DNA of 64,000 bases from Alphaproteobacteria bacterium (GTDB lineage: Bacteria > Pseudomonadota > Alphaproteobacteria > JANQMY01). Below are positions 18,007 through 27,540 of the stretch, one piece after another. The notes beneath the pieces are model-generated. The model was not told where the DNA came from and made no database searches. It saw only the letters and a program-made list of their open reading frames with translations. The number at the start of each line of letters is the position of its first letter. The first letter of the stretch is position 1. The stretch spans positions 4,739-68,738 of the forward strand of contig OZ245840.1 in the NCBI GenBank assembly GCA_965228775.1, given 5' to 3'. The position numbers and the translations under genes were made by a program.

Positions 18007-18795
18007 TCAGGATTGCCTGCGGCTCAATCTCATACATCGGAGTAAGAAAAGTGGATTGCCCACCACATACCGTTCGAACAAACGCTTCGGCTCGAGCACC
18101 AACCGATAGCCCCATTCCATCTTTACCTTACGAATGAATTCCGGGGCGCGGGAAACTTTTCCTCCGATGAAATCGATGACGGCACCGCCATTTACGATAA
18201 GGACATCGTGGTTGAGCGCGCTCTTGAGATTCTGAGACAAGAGCTCTTGCTTCGGCATCCCCATGGCCAAGACGATGAGATCGGGCCGGTGAACTTCTGC
18301 CAGTTTTAGGTAATGGTCTGTATCCTGAAAACCGTCTGCAGTCACACAAACGGTGCCTCCCGCGTCTTCAATTTTTTCGGCAGCGGCGTCGAGCCATGGG
18401 GACTGGGTGCCAAAGACGGCCACTGGCCGTCCGTTGTAGGCCTCAATGATTTTCGGAATGAGATCCGTACCGCACATATTCAAGCCCGGGGGCACGTCAA
18501 ACCACGGCAGCACAATCTCGACCCCGATACCAGCGCGTAAAATGATATCAGACGATAAGAACGCATGCTGAAGAAGAGGGGCCGTCCAGGCTAGATTGAC
18601 AGCATGCGCATTGATAAATGAAAGTACCTTGGGGCCTTGCGGTGTGGTAAGTTCGTGTATCAGCTTTGTTTCGGCCGATAGGTCGTTGACAGGCCGGATC
18701 GATTTTAGGATATCGACAATGGCTTCTCCACGTTCTGGCAGAGAAGGTGCTGGATTATCGCCTGTTTCTAAGCTTGTCATTGTCATCCGGTCCAT
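18007..18795 (-). CDS. WecG/TagA/CpsF-family (GT26) glycosyltransferase
   Basis: FINAHAVNLA, GRPVAVFG…, PKQE, and NGGAVIDFIGGKVSRAPEFIRKVKMEWGYRLVLEPKRLFERY are characteristic GT26 motifs. Confidence 0.8.
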   Translation of the reverse strand: MDRMTMTSLETGDNPAPSLPERGEAIVDILKSIRPVNDLSAETKLIHELTTPQGPKVLSFINAHAVNLAWTAPLLQHAFLSSDIILRAGIGVEIVLPWFDVPPGLNMCGTDLIPKIIEAYNGRPVAVFGTQSPWLDAAAEKIEDAGGTVCVTADGFQDTDHYLKLAEVHRPDLIVLAMGMPKQELLSQNLKSALNHDVLIVNGGAVIDFIGGKVSRAPEFIRKVKMEWGYRLVLEPKRLFERYVVGNPLFLLRCMRLSRRQS

Positions 18796-18901
18796 GGGGG
18801 GGATTGTACGGCAATAGTCTTACTATGCCGTGTTCGAATTTACTATTTGGATAGCCTGGGTGCTCCCATTGCTCAGCTATCGGATTTGATGGCTGAAAAC
18901 G

Positions 18902-20347
18902 TTGCTGGTTCGACAAACATATCTATACGGCGTCGCAAGAATTTTATCCGCGGCGATCACTTTCGGCCTCATCGCATTTTATACCCGATTGCTGCCGCCA
19001 GATGAGTACGGCATCTACACCTATGTTATCGCTCTGGTAACTTTGCTGCAGGGGGCTGGGGCCGGCTGGCTGGCGATGGGTGCTTTGCGGCTATCCGAAA
19101 GGGAGGGAAAACGCGAGAAGACATTGGCTGCAATTCTTCTCTACTTTGTTGGCATCACCATTCTAACGGTACTGATTTTGTTTGGGCTCCTCTTTGCCGA
19201 GCAAGAGGGGAGCCGTAATCAGTTGCTTCTAGTTATCGGCACAGCGTTTTTTCTGACCCAGGGCTGGTATGAGACCAATCTGTCGATCTTGCGGGCGCGT
19301 CTCCTTGTGGAGCGCTATGTGATCTACACGTTGGCTCGCACGATCGTGGCATCAATTTTTGGGGCTTGGTTTGCCTGGATTGGATGGGGTGCTGAGGGCA
19401 TCCTAATCGGTGGTGTTCTGGGCATCGTTATTCCATCGACGATTTTGTCCATGGAAATTTGGTTGAAAGCCCAACTCGAAAGACCGCAAGCGGACGATCT
19501 GGGGGACGTTGCACGGTTCGGATTTCCATTGGCGTTGGGATACACCGTAGGTGCTTTCATTCTCGTGACAGACCGATTCCTTGTTGAGTTCTTTATGGGC
19601 ATATACCTGCTTGGTATTTACGGAGCGGCGTATCAAATTGCCGACCGCATCATTCGCTCAATTATCGAACCAATCGGAAACGCAGCGTTACCACTGGCCA
19701 TCAACAAATTTGAACAGGAAGGCGCTGAAGCGACGTATGAACAGTTGCGGCAAAACTGGAGCCTCATGATCGGTATTTCTCTGCCGGCCGTTGTTGGCTT
19801 GTGTGCTGTGACACCCAGCTTGGTAGAGATCGTGGTTGGCCCGGACTATCGCGCTGGAGCGTTGCAGATTATTCCCATCATCGCGCTGGCGACTTTCGTG
19901 AATGGGATACGTGGTGGGTATTTAGATCATGCTTATCATCTGGGGCAAAAGACCCAGCTTTTGCTGGTTCAGTCTGTCTGTGTGGCCGTTCTAAACGTCC
20001 TCATCTCAATTCCCCTAATCCTTCAGATGGGCATAATTGGAGCTGCTTACGGCACGTTGGGGTCACAGTTTGCGGGCATGATGATTGCGCTGATTTTGGG
20101 GAGGCGCTCATTCGTGCTGCCTTTTGCGCCACTGGAAACACTCAAGGTTTTTGCGGCTACGCTGGCGATGCTTTTGTGTTTGTGGGCCATCCCGCTAACC
20201 GCAGGATGGGTCACACTGATCATTCAGTCCGTTCTTGGTGGTTTGGTATATGGCGCTGTACTGCTTGCACTTAATCCCTTTGATCTCCGCTCATATGTGG
20301 CAAGCAGATTGCCATTTCAATTGGGAAGCGCGACTGGCAATACCTGA
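18902..20347 (+). CDS. Wzx-like oligosaccharide flippase (polysaccharide biosynthesis protein family)
   Basis: 481-aa polytopic membrane protein with about 12-14 hydrophobic segments. N-terminal YLYGVARILSAAITFGLIAFYTRLLPPDEYGIYTYV is typical of Wzx/MOP flippases. The start codon (TTG at 18902, or an internal ATG) is uncertain. Confidence 0.65.
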   Translation: MLVRQTYLYGVARILSAAITFGLIAFYTRLLPPDEYGIYTYVIALVTLLQGAGAGWLAMGALRLSEREGKREKTLAAILLYFVGITILTVLILFGLLFAEQEGSRNQLLLVIGTAFFLTQGWYETNLSILRARLLVERYVIYTLARTIVASIFGAWFAWIGWGAEGILIGGVLGIVIPSTILSMEIWLKAQLERPQADDLGDVARFGFPLALGYTVGAFILVTDRFLVEFFMGIYLLGIYGAAYQIADRIIRSIIEPIGNAALPLAINKFEQEGAEATYEQLRQNWSLMIGISLPAVVGLCAVTPSLVEIVVGPDYRAGALQIIPIIALATFVNGIRGGYLDHAYHLGQKTQLLLVQSVCVAVLNVLISIPLILQMGIIGAAYGTLGSQFAGMMIALILGRRSFVLPFAPLETLKVFAATLAMLLCLWAIPLTAGWVTLIIQSVLGGLVYGAVLLALNPFDLRSYVASRLPFQLGSATGNT

Positions 20348-20367
20348 CCTGCGGGGAAGATGCTTTT

Positions 20368-21501
20368 TTAGGCGGTTTTGTTTGAGATGGCTTCTGCGTA
20401 GACATGCGCGAGCTTATCAGCCACCACTTCCAGTGAAAGGGTATTCTCAATCAAAGCATGGCCATTTGCCGACAACTTCTGGCGAAGATCGCAATCTGTC
20501 ATCAGCCGGTAAAGCTCCTCGGTTAACTCGCTCACTGAGCCTGCTGGTACCAGTAGAACAGTTTCTTCGTGAGTGAGTACTTCAGGGATCGATCCAACCG
20601 GAGTCGTCAAAACAGGAATGCCGTGAGCAAGTGACTCTAGAATTCCCAAAGGCAATCCTTCGTCGTGAGAGGGCAAAACCATTGCGTCCGCATTGGTGAT
20701 GAGTGAATTCAGCTTCTCCCGATCAACCCATCCGGCAAAGGTGATGCGGTCGAATGTACCGAGAGACTTTGCTTCCTCCTTGTAGCGGTCAAGGTCGCCG
20801 CCACCGGCAAGCGTCACGTGCCAGTTAATATCCGCCAGCTTGGGATCGGCCAGCGCCTTCATCAGCTCGGGCACGCCCTTACGCTCAATCAAATTGCCAA
20901 TGAACAAAAGCTGGAATGGTTTGGGGGTGTTGGAAAGTGAGACTTTAGCTTGTTTGGGGACACCATTATACAGAACAATAATTTTGTCTGGTGATACGCC
21001 CAAATTGTCCGCGAAATAACTTTTGAAGCGCTCTCCCAAGACGACGCATTTATCTACATTCTGAAAAAGCCACCGGGTTTGTTTTTGAAAGAAAGGAGAG
21101 ATCGCGCTGTAGAATTGTGGGAAGTCAGCAGCGTGTACGTGTAACACGACCGGAATGCCCAACAGCTTTGCAAGCCGGGTCAGAAACCATTTTCGCGCCA
21201 CACTTCCCTTCACCGTTATATGCAGATGCAATAGATCCGCTTTGCCTACCGCGCGGTAACCAATGATCCGGAGTGTGGCGAGGAAAAGTAGGAATGGTGA
21301 CCAGATGATGTGACCGAGGCCACGCAGATCAAGCGCCGTCATGGACGAATCCGAATGCGTTTCGTTCCACAGCTTGTGTATGTAACGAATGAACTGGCCT
21401 GTTCCGCCTTGCTCGCGGCTAGGGCCCGCGATCAGGATGTGACGTCCTGCAAGTCTAAGATGGCTCGTCTGTTCGGCAAGCCGCGTATCGATTTTGTTCA
21501 T
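20368..21501 (-). CDS. GT4-family glycosyltransferase
   Basis: C-terminal GT-B donor-binding region …ITFAGWVDREKLNSLITNADAMVLPSHDEGLPLGILESLAHGIPVLTTPVGSIPEVL (E-x7-E-like motif). The start is taken at the internal Met (MNKID…). The track ORF extends to 21555. Confidence 0.75.
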   Translation of the reverse strand: MNKIDTRLAEQTSHLRLAGRHILIAGPSREQGGTGQFIRYIHKLWNETHSDSSMTALDLRGLGHIIWSPFLLFLATLRIIGYRAVGKADLLHLHITVKGSVARKWFLTRLAKLLGIPVVLHVHAADFPQFYSAISPFFQKQTRWLFQNVDKCVVLGERFKSYFADNLGVSPDKIIVLYNGVPKQAKVSLSNTPKPFQLLFIGNLIERKGVPELMKALADPKLADINWHVTLAGGGDLDRYKEEAKSLGTFDRITFAGWVDREKLNSLITNADAMVLPSHDEGLPLGILESLAHGIPVLTTPVGSIPEVLTHEETVLLVPAGSVSELTEELYRLMTDCDLRQKLSANGHALIENTLSLEVVADKLAHVYAEAISNKTA

Positions 21502-21944
21502 CTTCCCCAATCCACCATATTCGGCAGATTTTCTGATGTGACATGGTAAATGCAAGGGTGATTCGTAAGGAAGTCCACAATAAACGCCAGTCTTCCCGTG
21601 CCGCTATTAGTATAACGACAGTATTATGATGGTTTTAGTACTTTTAAGGACTTAACGCGAACCGAATTTTGATTTGCCGATTTAGAAGTCACCGTCAGCC
21701 CATTTATTAACCAAAACGCTTGTGTTTCGCAGACTTCGGTTTTGAACAAAGTGACGCTGAAACCTCAGAAATTTGGAAAACCAACAGGATTTGGCGGGTT
21801 TTTGCTGAAATATACTGACAAGGGATAAGCCGCGTCCTAAAAAGGTCCGAAACCTGCATTGTGCGGCAAACCATCAGCATGTTCGGATCGCTTAGGGAAG
21901 AGCGTAACCGGCGGCGAAGGTAGAGTTCGAGTGGGGCAAGAAGT

Positions 21945-22385
21945 ATGAATAATGAGGGGCTGAGCTATTGGATTGAGGCGCAAGTGCAAGCGCTGAATCC
22001 AGAGAGCTTCGCGGGGCAACTGGGATTGTTTGTTGGCGTTATAGCAGCGGCGCTTCTGATAGCAGCGCTGATACGCCAGTTTTCAAAGACATTTCCGCTG
22101 GAAAGGGCTGGATATTCGGCACCAGCTGTAACTTTAAGCAGGTCAGACGTTGTGCCATTGGGGGGCTTGAAATCCACGGCAGCGACCGACCTTACTTATC
22201 GTCAGCAATCAGCAGTGCTGGACCGTTCGAACCGGAAGAAAAAAAAGCTACTAAAGACAAGACCTAAAAAGGCATACTTAACCATCGAGAAGGCGCCATC
22301 GGATCCGATGTTTTTGCCTCCTTTTGATACAAGTGTCCCATATAGGGACAGGATTGCCATGATTGGCACCCAAAAAGACCTCTAA
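21945..22385 (+). CDS. Hypothetical small protein with one TM segment and a Lys-rich stretch
   Basis: ORF lies in a ~940-bp AT-rich intergenic region. It has one hydrophobic helix (GLFVGVIAAALLIAALI) and RKKKKLLKTRPKK, which contains an A8 run. There are no recognisable motifs, so coding status is uncertain. Confidence 0.25.
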   Translation: MNNEGLSYWIEAQVQALNPESFAGQLGLFVGVIAAALLIAALIRQFSKTFPLERAGYSAPAVTLSRSDVVPLGGLKSTAATDLTYRQQSAVLDRSNRKKKKLLKTRPKKAYLTIEKAPSDPMFLPPFDTSVPYRDRIAMIGTQKDL

Positions 22386-22513
22386 AACAGGGGCGTCGGG
22401 GCCGAATTCCGGCCTCTCCGGAGTGAAGAAAACAAGCTGCCGCTTTTAGTCAATGGCGGTGATAATTATGTCGGCGCCGCAGTCCGGCTGTTTCACTTTT
22501 GCGAGGTAGCATT

Positions 22514-23341
22514 GTGTTTGGACGTTTTTTCAGGAGGAACAAGAGGTCAGAGGCCGATGCCGGTGGGCAAGCGGCGTCAACTCCTGCGAACACCCGTATC
22601 TATTCGATCGGGGATGTCCACGGTCGCCTGGACTTGCTTGAGGATCTGGTGGATCGCATTCGGGCCGATGCCGCGCGGCGCTCCGAAGATACGAAGATCA
22701 AGATCGTGTTTTTAGGGGACTATGTGGATCGAGGCATGGATTCCAAAGGCGTTTTGGATCTTCTGATCTCAAATCCATTTCCGGAATACGAGACGATCTT
22801 TCTGAAAGGGAACCATGAACAGGCGATCCTTGATTTTTTGAGGGAACCGGCGTTTGGGACGACCTGGAAGTATTATGGCGGCGTTGAGACGCTGCACAGC
22901 TATGGCCTCACAGATGCTCTGACCGCCACCACGGCTGACGATTTCGTAAGCATCGCCGAAGAGTTCCGGGATATTATTCCGCCGGCACATTTGAAATTCT
23001 TGTCGAAGCTTCCCGTTAAAGAGACCATTGGCGACTACTGTTTTGTTCATGCTGGTATGCGTCCGGGGGTGCCTTTGGAACGGCAAGTCGAAGAAGACAT
23101 GCTGTGGATTCGGGACAGTTTCCTGACCTCAAACCACGATTTTGGGAAGATCATCATTCACGGTCACACACCGACAGAAGCGCCAGTGCTGGCCCGCAAC
23201 AGGATTGGCATTGACACGGGGGCATATATGACCGGTGTCTTAACGGCATTGGTTCTTGAGGGTGAAGAGTATCGCTTTTTACAGACAGGACACTCCATGC
23301 CGCAGACCCAGGACCGGACACGAGTCCACGCGACCGGGTAA
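22514..23341 (+). CDS. Calcineurin-like metallophosphoesterase (PPP-family Ser/Thr phosphatase-like)
   Basis: Canonical motifs in order: GDVHG, GDYVDRG and GNHE, followed by HAGMRPG and IIHGHTP. GTG start at 22514 with a GAGGT sequence 6 nt upstream. Confidence 0.8.
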   Translation: MFGRFFRRNKRSEADAGGQAASTPANTRIYSIGDVHGRLDLLEDLVDRIRADAARRSEDTKIKIVFLGDYVDRGMDSKGVLDLLISNPFPEYETIFLKGNHEQAILDFLREPAFGTTWKYYGGVETLHSYGLTDALTATTADDFVSIAEEFRDIIPPAHLKFLSKLPVKETIGDYCFVHAGMRPGVPLERQVEEDMLWIRDSFLTSNHDFGKIIIHGHTPTEAPVLARNRIGIDTGAYMTGVLTALVLEGEEYRFLQTGHSMPQTQDRTRVHATG

Positions 23342-23489
23342 ACCTCCTGTGACCTTGCGGAGACGTATGGTCGCGGCGCACTTAAAGATATTTCCAATAT
23401 ATTTTCGTTAGGTTCGGCGACGTTTCAAAGTATCGCCGTAATGACCGTCATTGGTGTTTGCGTATTATCAATTGAGGATTGAAGGGCCA

Positions 23490-25046
23490 ATGGAACCGAA
23501 AACCAAAGTTCTTGTGATTGGTGTCGACGCCGCAGAACCGACGCTTTTGGAAGAGATGATGGCGGCGGGTGAGCTGCCAAACCTCACGGCACTTCGGTCT
23601 CGCGGCCTCCATGGCGGTGTTCAAAACCCTATTGGCTTTGAAGCAGGGGCGGTCTGGCCGACATTTCACACCGGAAAAAATCCTGGCAAGCAGCAGCAAT
23701 ATGATGGTCTCAGGAAATTTAATCCGCAAACCTACGATTTCGATTGGTACCAAGGCGACCAAATCAAGAGTGACTACATCTGGCAGTATTTGTCCAAGCA
23801 GGGCAAAAGATGCGCGGTCATTGATGCTCCCTATTGTCAAATCGATCCAAATCTCAATGGCATCATGATCTTGGATTGGGGAGCTCATGTGCCGGCGAAA
23901 GGACAGGGGATGGAGTTCGTCACCCATCCGCCCGAACTGGCGCAAGAGGTTCTGGACTTGGTCGGGCCGGACCCGACCGGCGGTATTGCGTGTGACGATC
24001 GCCTGCTGGAAAGTATCCAAGATCATGTTGCTTTCCGCGATATGTATATGGACCGCCTATTGAAGAAGGGAAAGCTGTCCGCACACCTCCTAGCAAAAGG
24101 TGGGTGGGACTACTTCGAAACTGTTTTCACGGACTGTCATTGTATTGGTCACCGGTTGTGGCATGTGAACAAGCCGGATCATCCAGCCTATTCGAATAAG
24201 CTTGAAGAGACGATGGGGGATCCCATTAGAGAAGCCTACGCCCTGCTTGATAAATCCATCGGTATAATACTCGATCAGGTGGACGAGCGGACAATGACCC
24301 TTCTCTTCATCTCTCATGGGATGGGCCATCACTACACTGCAACCGAGATTCTAGATCGTGCACTGACAAACATTGAGAACAACGTCCAATCCGACGGCGA
24401 GAAATCTTTCAAGGAAACAATGCGCGGGATCTGGCACCTGGTACCGGTCGAAACGCGTGCCAAGCTGCGGCCTATAAAGAAGTACTTCAATGGAACACTT
24501 GCGCCGAAATATGCGGAATTCTCCGGCAATCGAGAGACACGCAGGTTTTTTGAGGTATTCGTCAATAATCGAACGGGCGGGGTACGGATTAATCTAAAAG
24601 GCCGGGAAGCCAAGGGTATCGTTGATCCGAATGACTATGATGCCCTGCTCGACGAGATTTCGCGTGATTTGCTCGACATTGTAAATGTTGAAACGGGCGA
24701 ACCGCTGGTTCAGGAAATCATAAAGACGAAAGAAATGTACGGCGGAGATTTCATCGACACGTTGCCGGACCTGCTTGTAACCTGGAATCGGGAGAAGCCG
24801 ATTCACGTTATTCAGTCAGAAAAAATCGGAACGATCAGGCGGGCGTTTTTGGATGGGCGAACGGGGGATCATACGCCGTTTGGCATGTTCATGGCGGCAG
24901 GCGCCGGTATCGATCAGCTGAAGCTTAACGAGCGGGCAGAGGCGATTGACTTCTTTCCCACGCTGGCTGCGCAGATCGGCATTGAAGCTGATGGATATGA
25001 CGGCCGGCCTCTGCCTGGGGTGGTGAAAACTTCAGAGACGGTCTGA
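23490..25046 (+). CDS. Alkaline-phosphatase-superfamily enzyme (type I phosphodiesterase / nucleotide pyrophosphatase-like)
   Basis: N-terminal KVLVIGVDAAEPTLLEEM…LPNL is characteristic of the PF01663-type AP superfamily. Later His-rich putative metal ligands (DCHCIGHRLWH, ISHGMGHHY, GDHTPFG). No signal peptide. ATG at 23490 is preceded by GAGGATTGAAGGG. Confidence 0.6.
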   Translation: MEPKTKVLVIGVDAAEPTLLEEMMAAGELPNLTALRSRGLHGGVQNPIGFEAGAVWPTFHTGKNPGKQQQYDGLRKFNPQTYDFDWYQGDQIKSDYIWQYLSKQGKRCAVIDAPYCQIDPNLNGIMILDWGAHVPAKGQGMEFVTHPPELAQEVLDLVGPDPTGGIACDDRLLESIQDHVAFRDMYMDRLLKKGKLSAHLLAKGGWDYFETVFTDCHCIGHRLWHVNKPDHPAYSNKLEETMGDPIREAYALLDKSIGIILDQVDERTMTLLFISHGMGHHYTATEILDRALTNIENNVQSDGEKSFKETMRGIWHLVPVETRAKLRPIKKYFNGTLAPKYAEFSGNRETRRFFEVFVNNRTGGVRINLKGREAKGIVDPNDYDALLDEISRDLLDIVNVETGEPLVQEIIKTKEMYGGDFIDTLPDLLVTWNREKPIHVIQSEKIGTIRRAFLDGRTGDHTPFGMFMAAGAGIDQLKLNERAEAIDFFPTLAAQIGIEADGYDGRPLPGVVKTSETV

Positions 25047-25066
25047 TCGGTCGCCTACAATTTTGG

Positions 25067-26089
25067 CTATTCAGGAAAGTTTGTCCGGGCGATGCGCCGC
25101 CAGGCTGCGCCGGACAGGCGTTTGGCAAACTTCAGCGCATAGGCGGGTTCGCCAACAAGCTCGGCGAGTGCTTTCCCATACTGATGATCTTTGAGCGGGT
25201 CCACGACACGGCGGTAGTGTAGACATTCTTGGATAAGTTCCTTGCGCCGCGCCAGAGCTTCAGCAACTTCCGGGTCGTCGGTGTCAAAAATATTCTCGAT
25301 CGTTTCCTGAACTTCTTTAATGCTCAGTATGCTGGGCAACCCAAGCGTATTCGCCGTGGTCGAACCCTCACGATGTATACGGTAGTAATAATAAGGTTCG
25401 TTTGTGATCATGATGCGCGCGCCTTTGGCGAGGCAATCACAATAAAAAACGCAGTCTTGGCCGCGGGGAAACTCTAATCGGTAACGCAGCTTATGCATGT
25501 TGACAAAAGAGCGCCTCAAGATCAGCTTCAAGAGCCCATATCCGCGGACTTCCGGTAGGTCGCGGTTTAGAAAGTCAGCGGACGTCATTTCGCTGATGGG
25601 TGCTTCGCCATTGACCATTAAGTGGCCGAAATGTTCCTCGGTCCGCGCGTTAACAAAGAACTGATTATCTGCAACACCATCAGCCTGATATGCCTCGGCG
25701 ATCTCTATCAATCTTTCGAAACGGTTTGGTGCAATCCAGTCATCCGGGTCGACGACCGCGATCCATTCACCGCGTGCGTTTTCCAGAGCGGTGTTTCGGG
25801 CAGCACTTACACCAAGATTATGGTCGTGGAAGAGCGGTTTGACTCGGCTGTCTTCCTCCGCGAGCTGTTTCATAACCCGAGCCGTGTGATCGCTAGAACA
25901 ATCGTCCACAATCAAGATCTCGAAGTTGGGCAATGTCTGTTCAAGGATCGATTGGACAGCTTTGGTTATGTAGTCGCCCACATTGTAAGCAGGCATGACG
26001 ACGGAGACCACTGGTGAGGCGGTTTCCGGTTCTTCTGGTACCCTGACGCTGGCGGCAGTCTCTGAAGCCAATTGAGGGTCAGAACTCAT
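25067..26089 (-). CDS. GT2-family glycosyltransferase (paralog A)
   Basis: VSVVMPAYNVGDYITKAVQSILEQTLPNFEILIVDDCSSDHT … GVSAARNTALENARGEWIAVVDPDDW. This is the classic GT2 DxD/DD region. About 55 percent identical to the 29481..30443 product. Confidence 0.85.
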   Translation of the reverse strand: MSSDPQLASETAASVRVPEEPETASPVVSVVMPAYNVGDYITKAVQSILEQTLPNFEILIVDDCSSDHTARVMKQLAEEDSRVKPLFHDHNLGVSAARNTALENARGEWIAVVDPDDWIAPNRFERLIEIAEAYQADGVADNQFFVNARTEEHFGHLMVNGEAPISEMTSADFLNRDLPEVRGYGLLKLILRRSFVNMHKLRYRLEFPRGQDCVFYCDCLAKGARIMITNEPYYYYRIHREGSTTANTLGLPSILSIKEVQETIENIFDTDDPEVAEALARRKELIQECLHYRRVVDPLKDHQYGKALAELVGEPAYALKFAKRLSGAAWRRIARTNFPE

Positions 26090-27269
26090 TTACTACTTTC
26101 CTTTGGTCCAATGCAGCAGCGAGAGCGTGCCAACTTTCCTTGCGCCGCATCTTGTGATCCAAGGGCAGGGACCTTTGCGGTAGCCCGTCCAATCTGGGAA
26201 CATATTCGTTGATCCAGGTATATTTATCACTAAGGCCCCACGTAATAATCATGTCGGACGCGGGATGGTTAACGAATAGTTCCGCAAGCCTCTTGTATTC
26301 ATCGGCAACAAGTTGATCACGAACCTTGATGTCCGCTGGAGCCCCGTTGTCCCGGACATCCATTTCGGTGAAGTAAGCGCGCAGGCCAAGCTCCGCAATG
26401 TCATCCAGAAACCTGACGAATTTTTCTCCGTCAAAGGGATGGCGGCCGATGGACAAATGAGCTTGGAAGCCAATGCCATGGATTGGAATGCCATTTCCTT
26501 GAAGCCGTTTGACAAGATTGATCAAGGCGGTGCGGCGTTGGTCATGTTTTTCACGCCCATAGGTCAGTGCGTGATCGTTGTAGATCAAAAGAGCATTCGG
26601 GTCTGCCTTGGCCGCTGTTTCGAAGGCGATGTCGAAATATTCCGGCCCCAGAGCATCGAGCCAGAATGTTTGGCGCAACCCGTCAGGGCGGCCGTCAGCG
26701 GGCTTCAGCCCCTCATTGACAACGTCCCAGGACTGCATCCGGCCCGCATACCGTTTTGCCAACTTCTCGATATGAGCAACCATTATGTCCCGGCCGGTTG
26801 ATTTGTTGACGCGCCGCTTCACGTGTTTGGGGATCGAGACATGCCACACCAAAGGCAGGCCGCGAACCAACATGCCATGCTCCTCTGCGAAATCGACTAT
26901 GTAGTCTGCTTTGCGGAAGTCGTACTCGGCCCCCTCGCGTCCTTGAACGATTGCCCATTTAAGCTCGTTTTCGTGAACAAGCACGTTGCATTCGCGCGCT
27001 ATGGCCTCACGAAACGGTTTGTCTTCCTGTAGTTGCCGGGCAAGTACGGCGGCTCCAAAATAGAAGCCGGTGCGTGCTGCGCGGTCGCGCAACGGGGCAT
27101 CGGCCGGCAGAGCAACCATCTTGTTGTCGGCACGAGCAGCTCCGATTGTGGCAGCTCCGTAAACAGAAGCGGCGGCCGTGACGGTTGCGGACTTCATAAC
27201 AAAGTCCCGGCGGTTCATTTGGTCAGCAGTGCGAACGGGAGGAAACTCGGAGATGCTTTTCTTAACCAT
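26079..27269 (-). CDS. Tat-exported GH10-like glycoside hydrolase (xylanase-fold glycanase)
   Basis: Twin-arginine motif MNRRDFVMKSATVTAAASVYGAATIGAARA; an alternative start at 27218 would place RR at residues 3-4. GH10-like catalytic regions …VHENELKWAIVQ… (acid/base NE) and …YFTEMDVRD… (nucleophile TEMD), plus ITWGLSDKYTWI. Overlaps the GT2 gene by 11 nt. Confidence 0.65.
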   Translation of the reverse strand: MVKKSISEFPPVRTADQMNRRDFVMKSATVTAAASVYGAATIGAARADNKMVALPADAPLRDRAARTGFYFGAAVLARQLQEDKPFREAIARECNVLVHENELKWAIVQGREGAEYDFRKADYIVDFAEEHGMLVRGLPLVWHVSIPKHVKRRVNKSTGRDIMVAHIEKLAKRYAGRMQSWDVVNEGLKPADGRPDGLRQTFWLDALGPEYFDIAFETAAKADPNALLIYNDHALTYGREKHDQRRTALINLVKRLQGNGIPIHGIGFQAHLSIGRHPFDGEKFVRFLDDIAELGLRAYFTEMDVRDNGAPADIKVRDQLVADEYKRLAELFVNHPASDMIITWGLSDKYTWINEYVPRLDGLPQRSLPLDHKMRRKESWHALAAALDQRKVVNEF

Positions 27270-27540
27270 GATTGGTTCACTTCTTTAAAATTGCTATCTC
27301 CAAGCAAATTGTTCGGAGACTTTAAGGGAGTATTGGTTGCTAATTTGTTGATGTTTGAGGCTTTGTTTAAAAGTATACTAAGCAATTCTATTGTAATTGT
27401 TTAGTACAACCGGCTTGTGTCGAAAACATGTTGGCAGCTACTTGTTTTCTTGCACACGAGTTGGCGTGCTTACCAGATAGAGAAAAGGGCTCCAAAACAG
27501 CGGAAATAGCTGTCTCTGGGGCCAGTTGAGAGGCTTTTGG

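Noticed and set aside
23448-24026. 192-aa minus-strand ORF overlapping the AP-superfamily gene start
   Set aside because: It overlaps a plus-strand gene that has clear family motifs and a good RBS. It has no motifs of its own.
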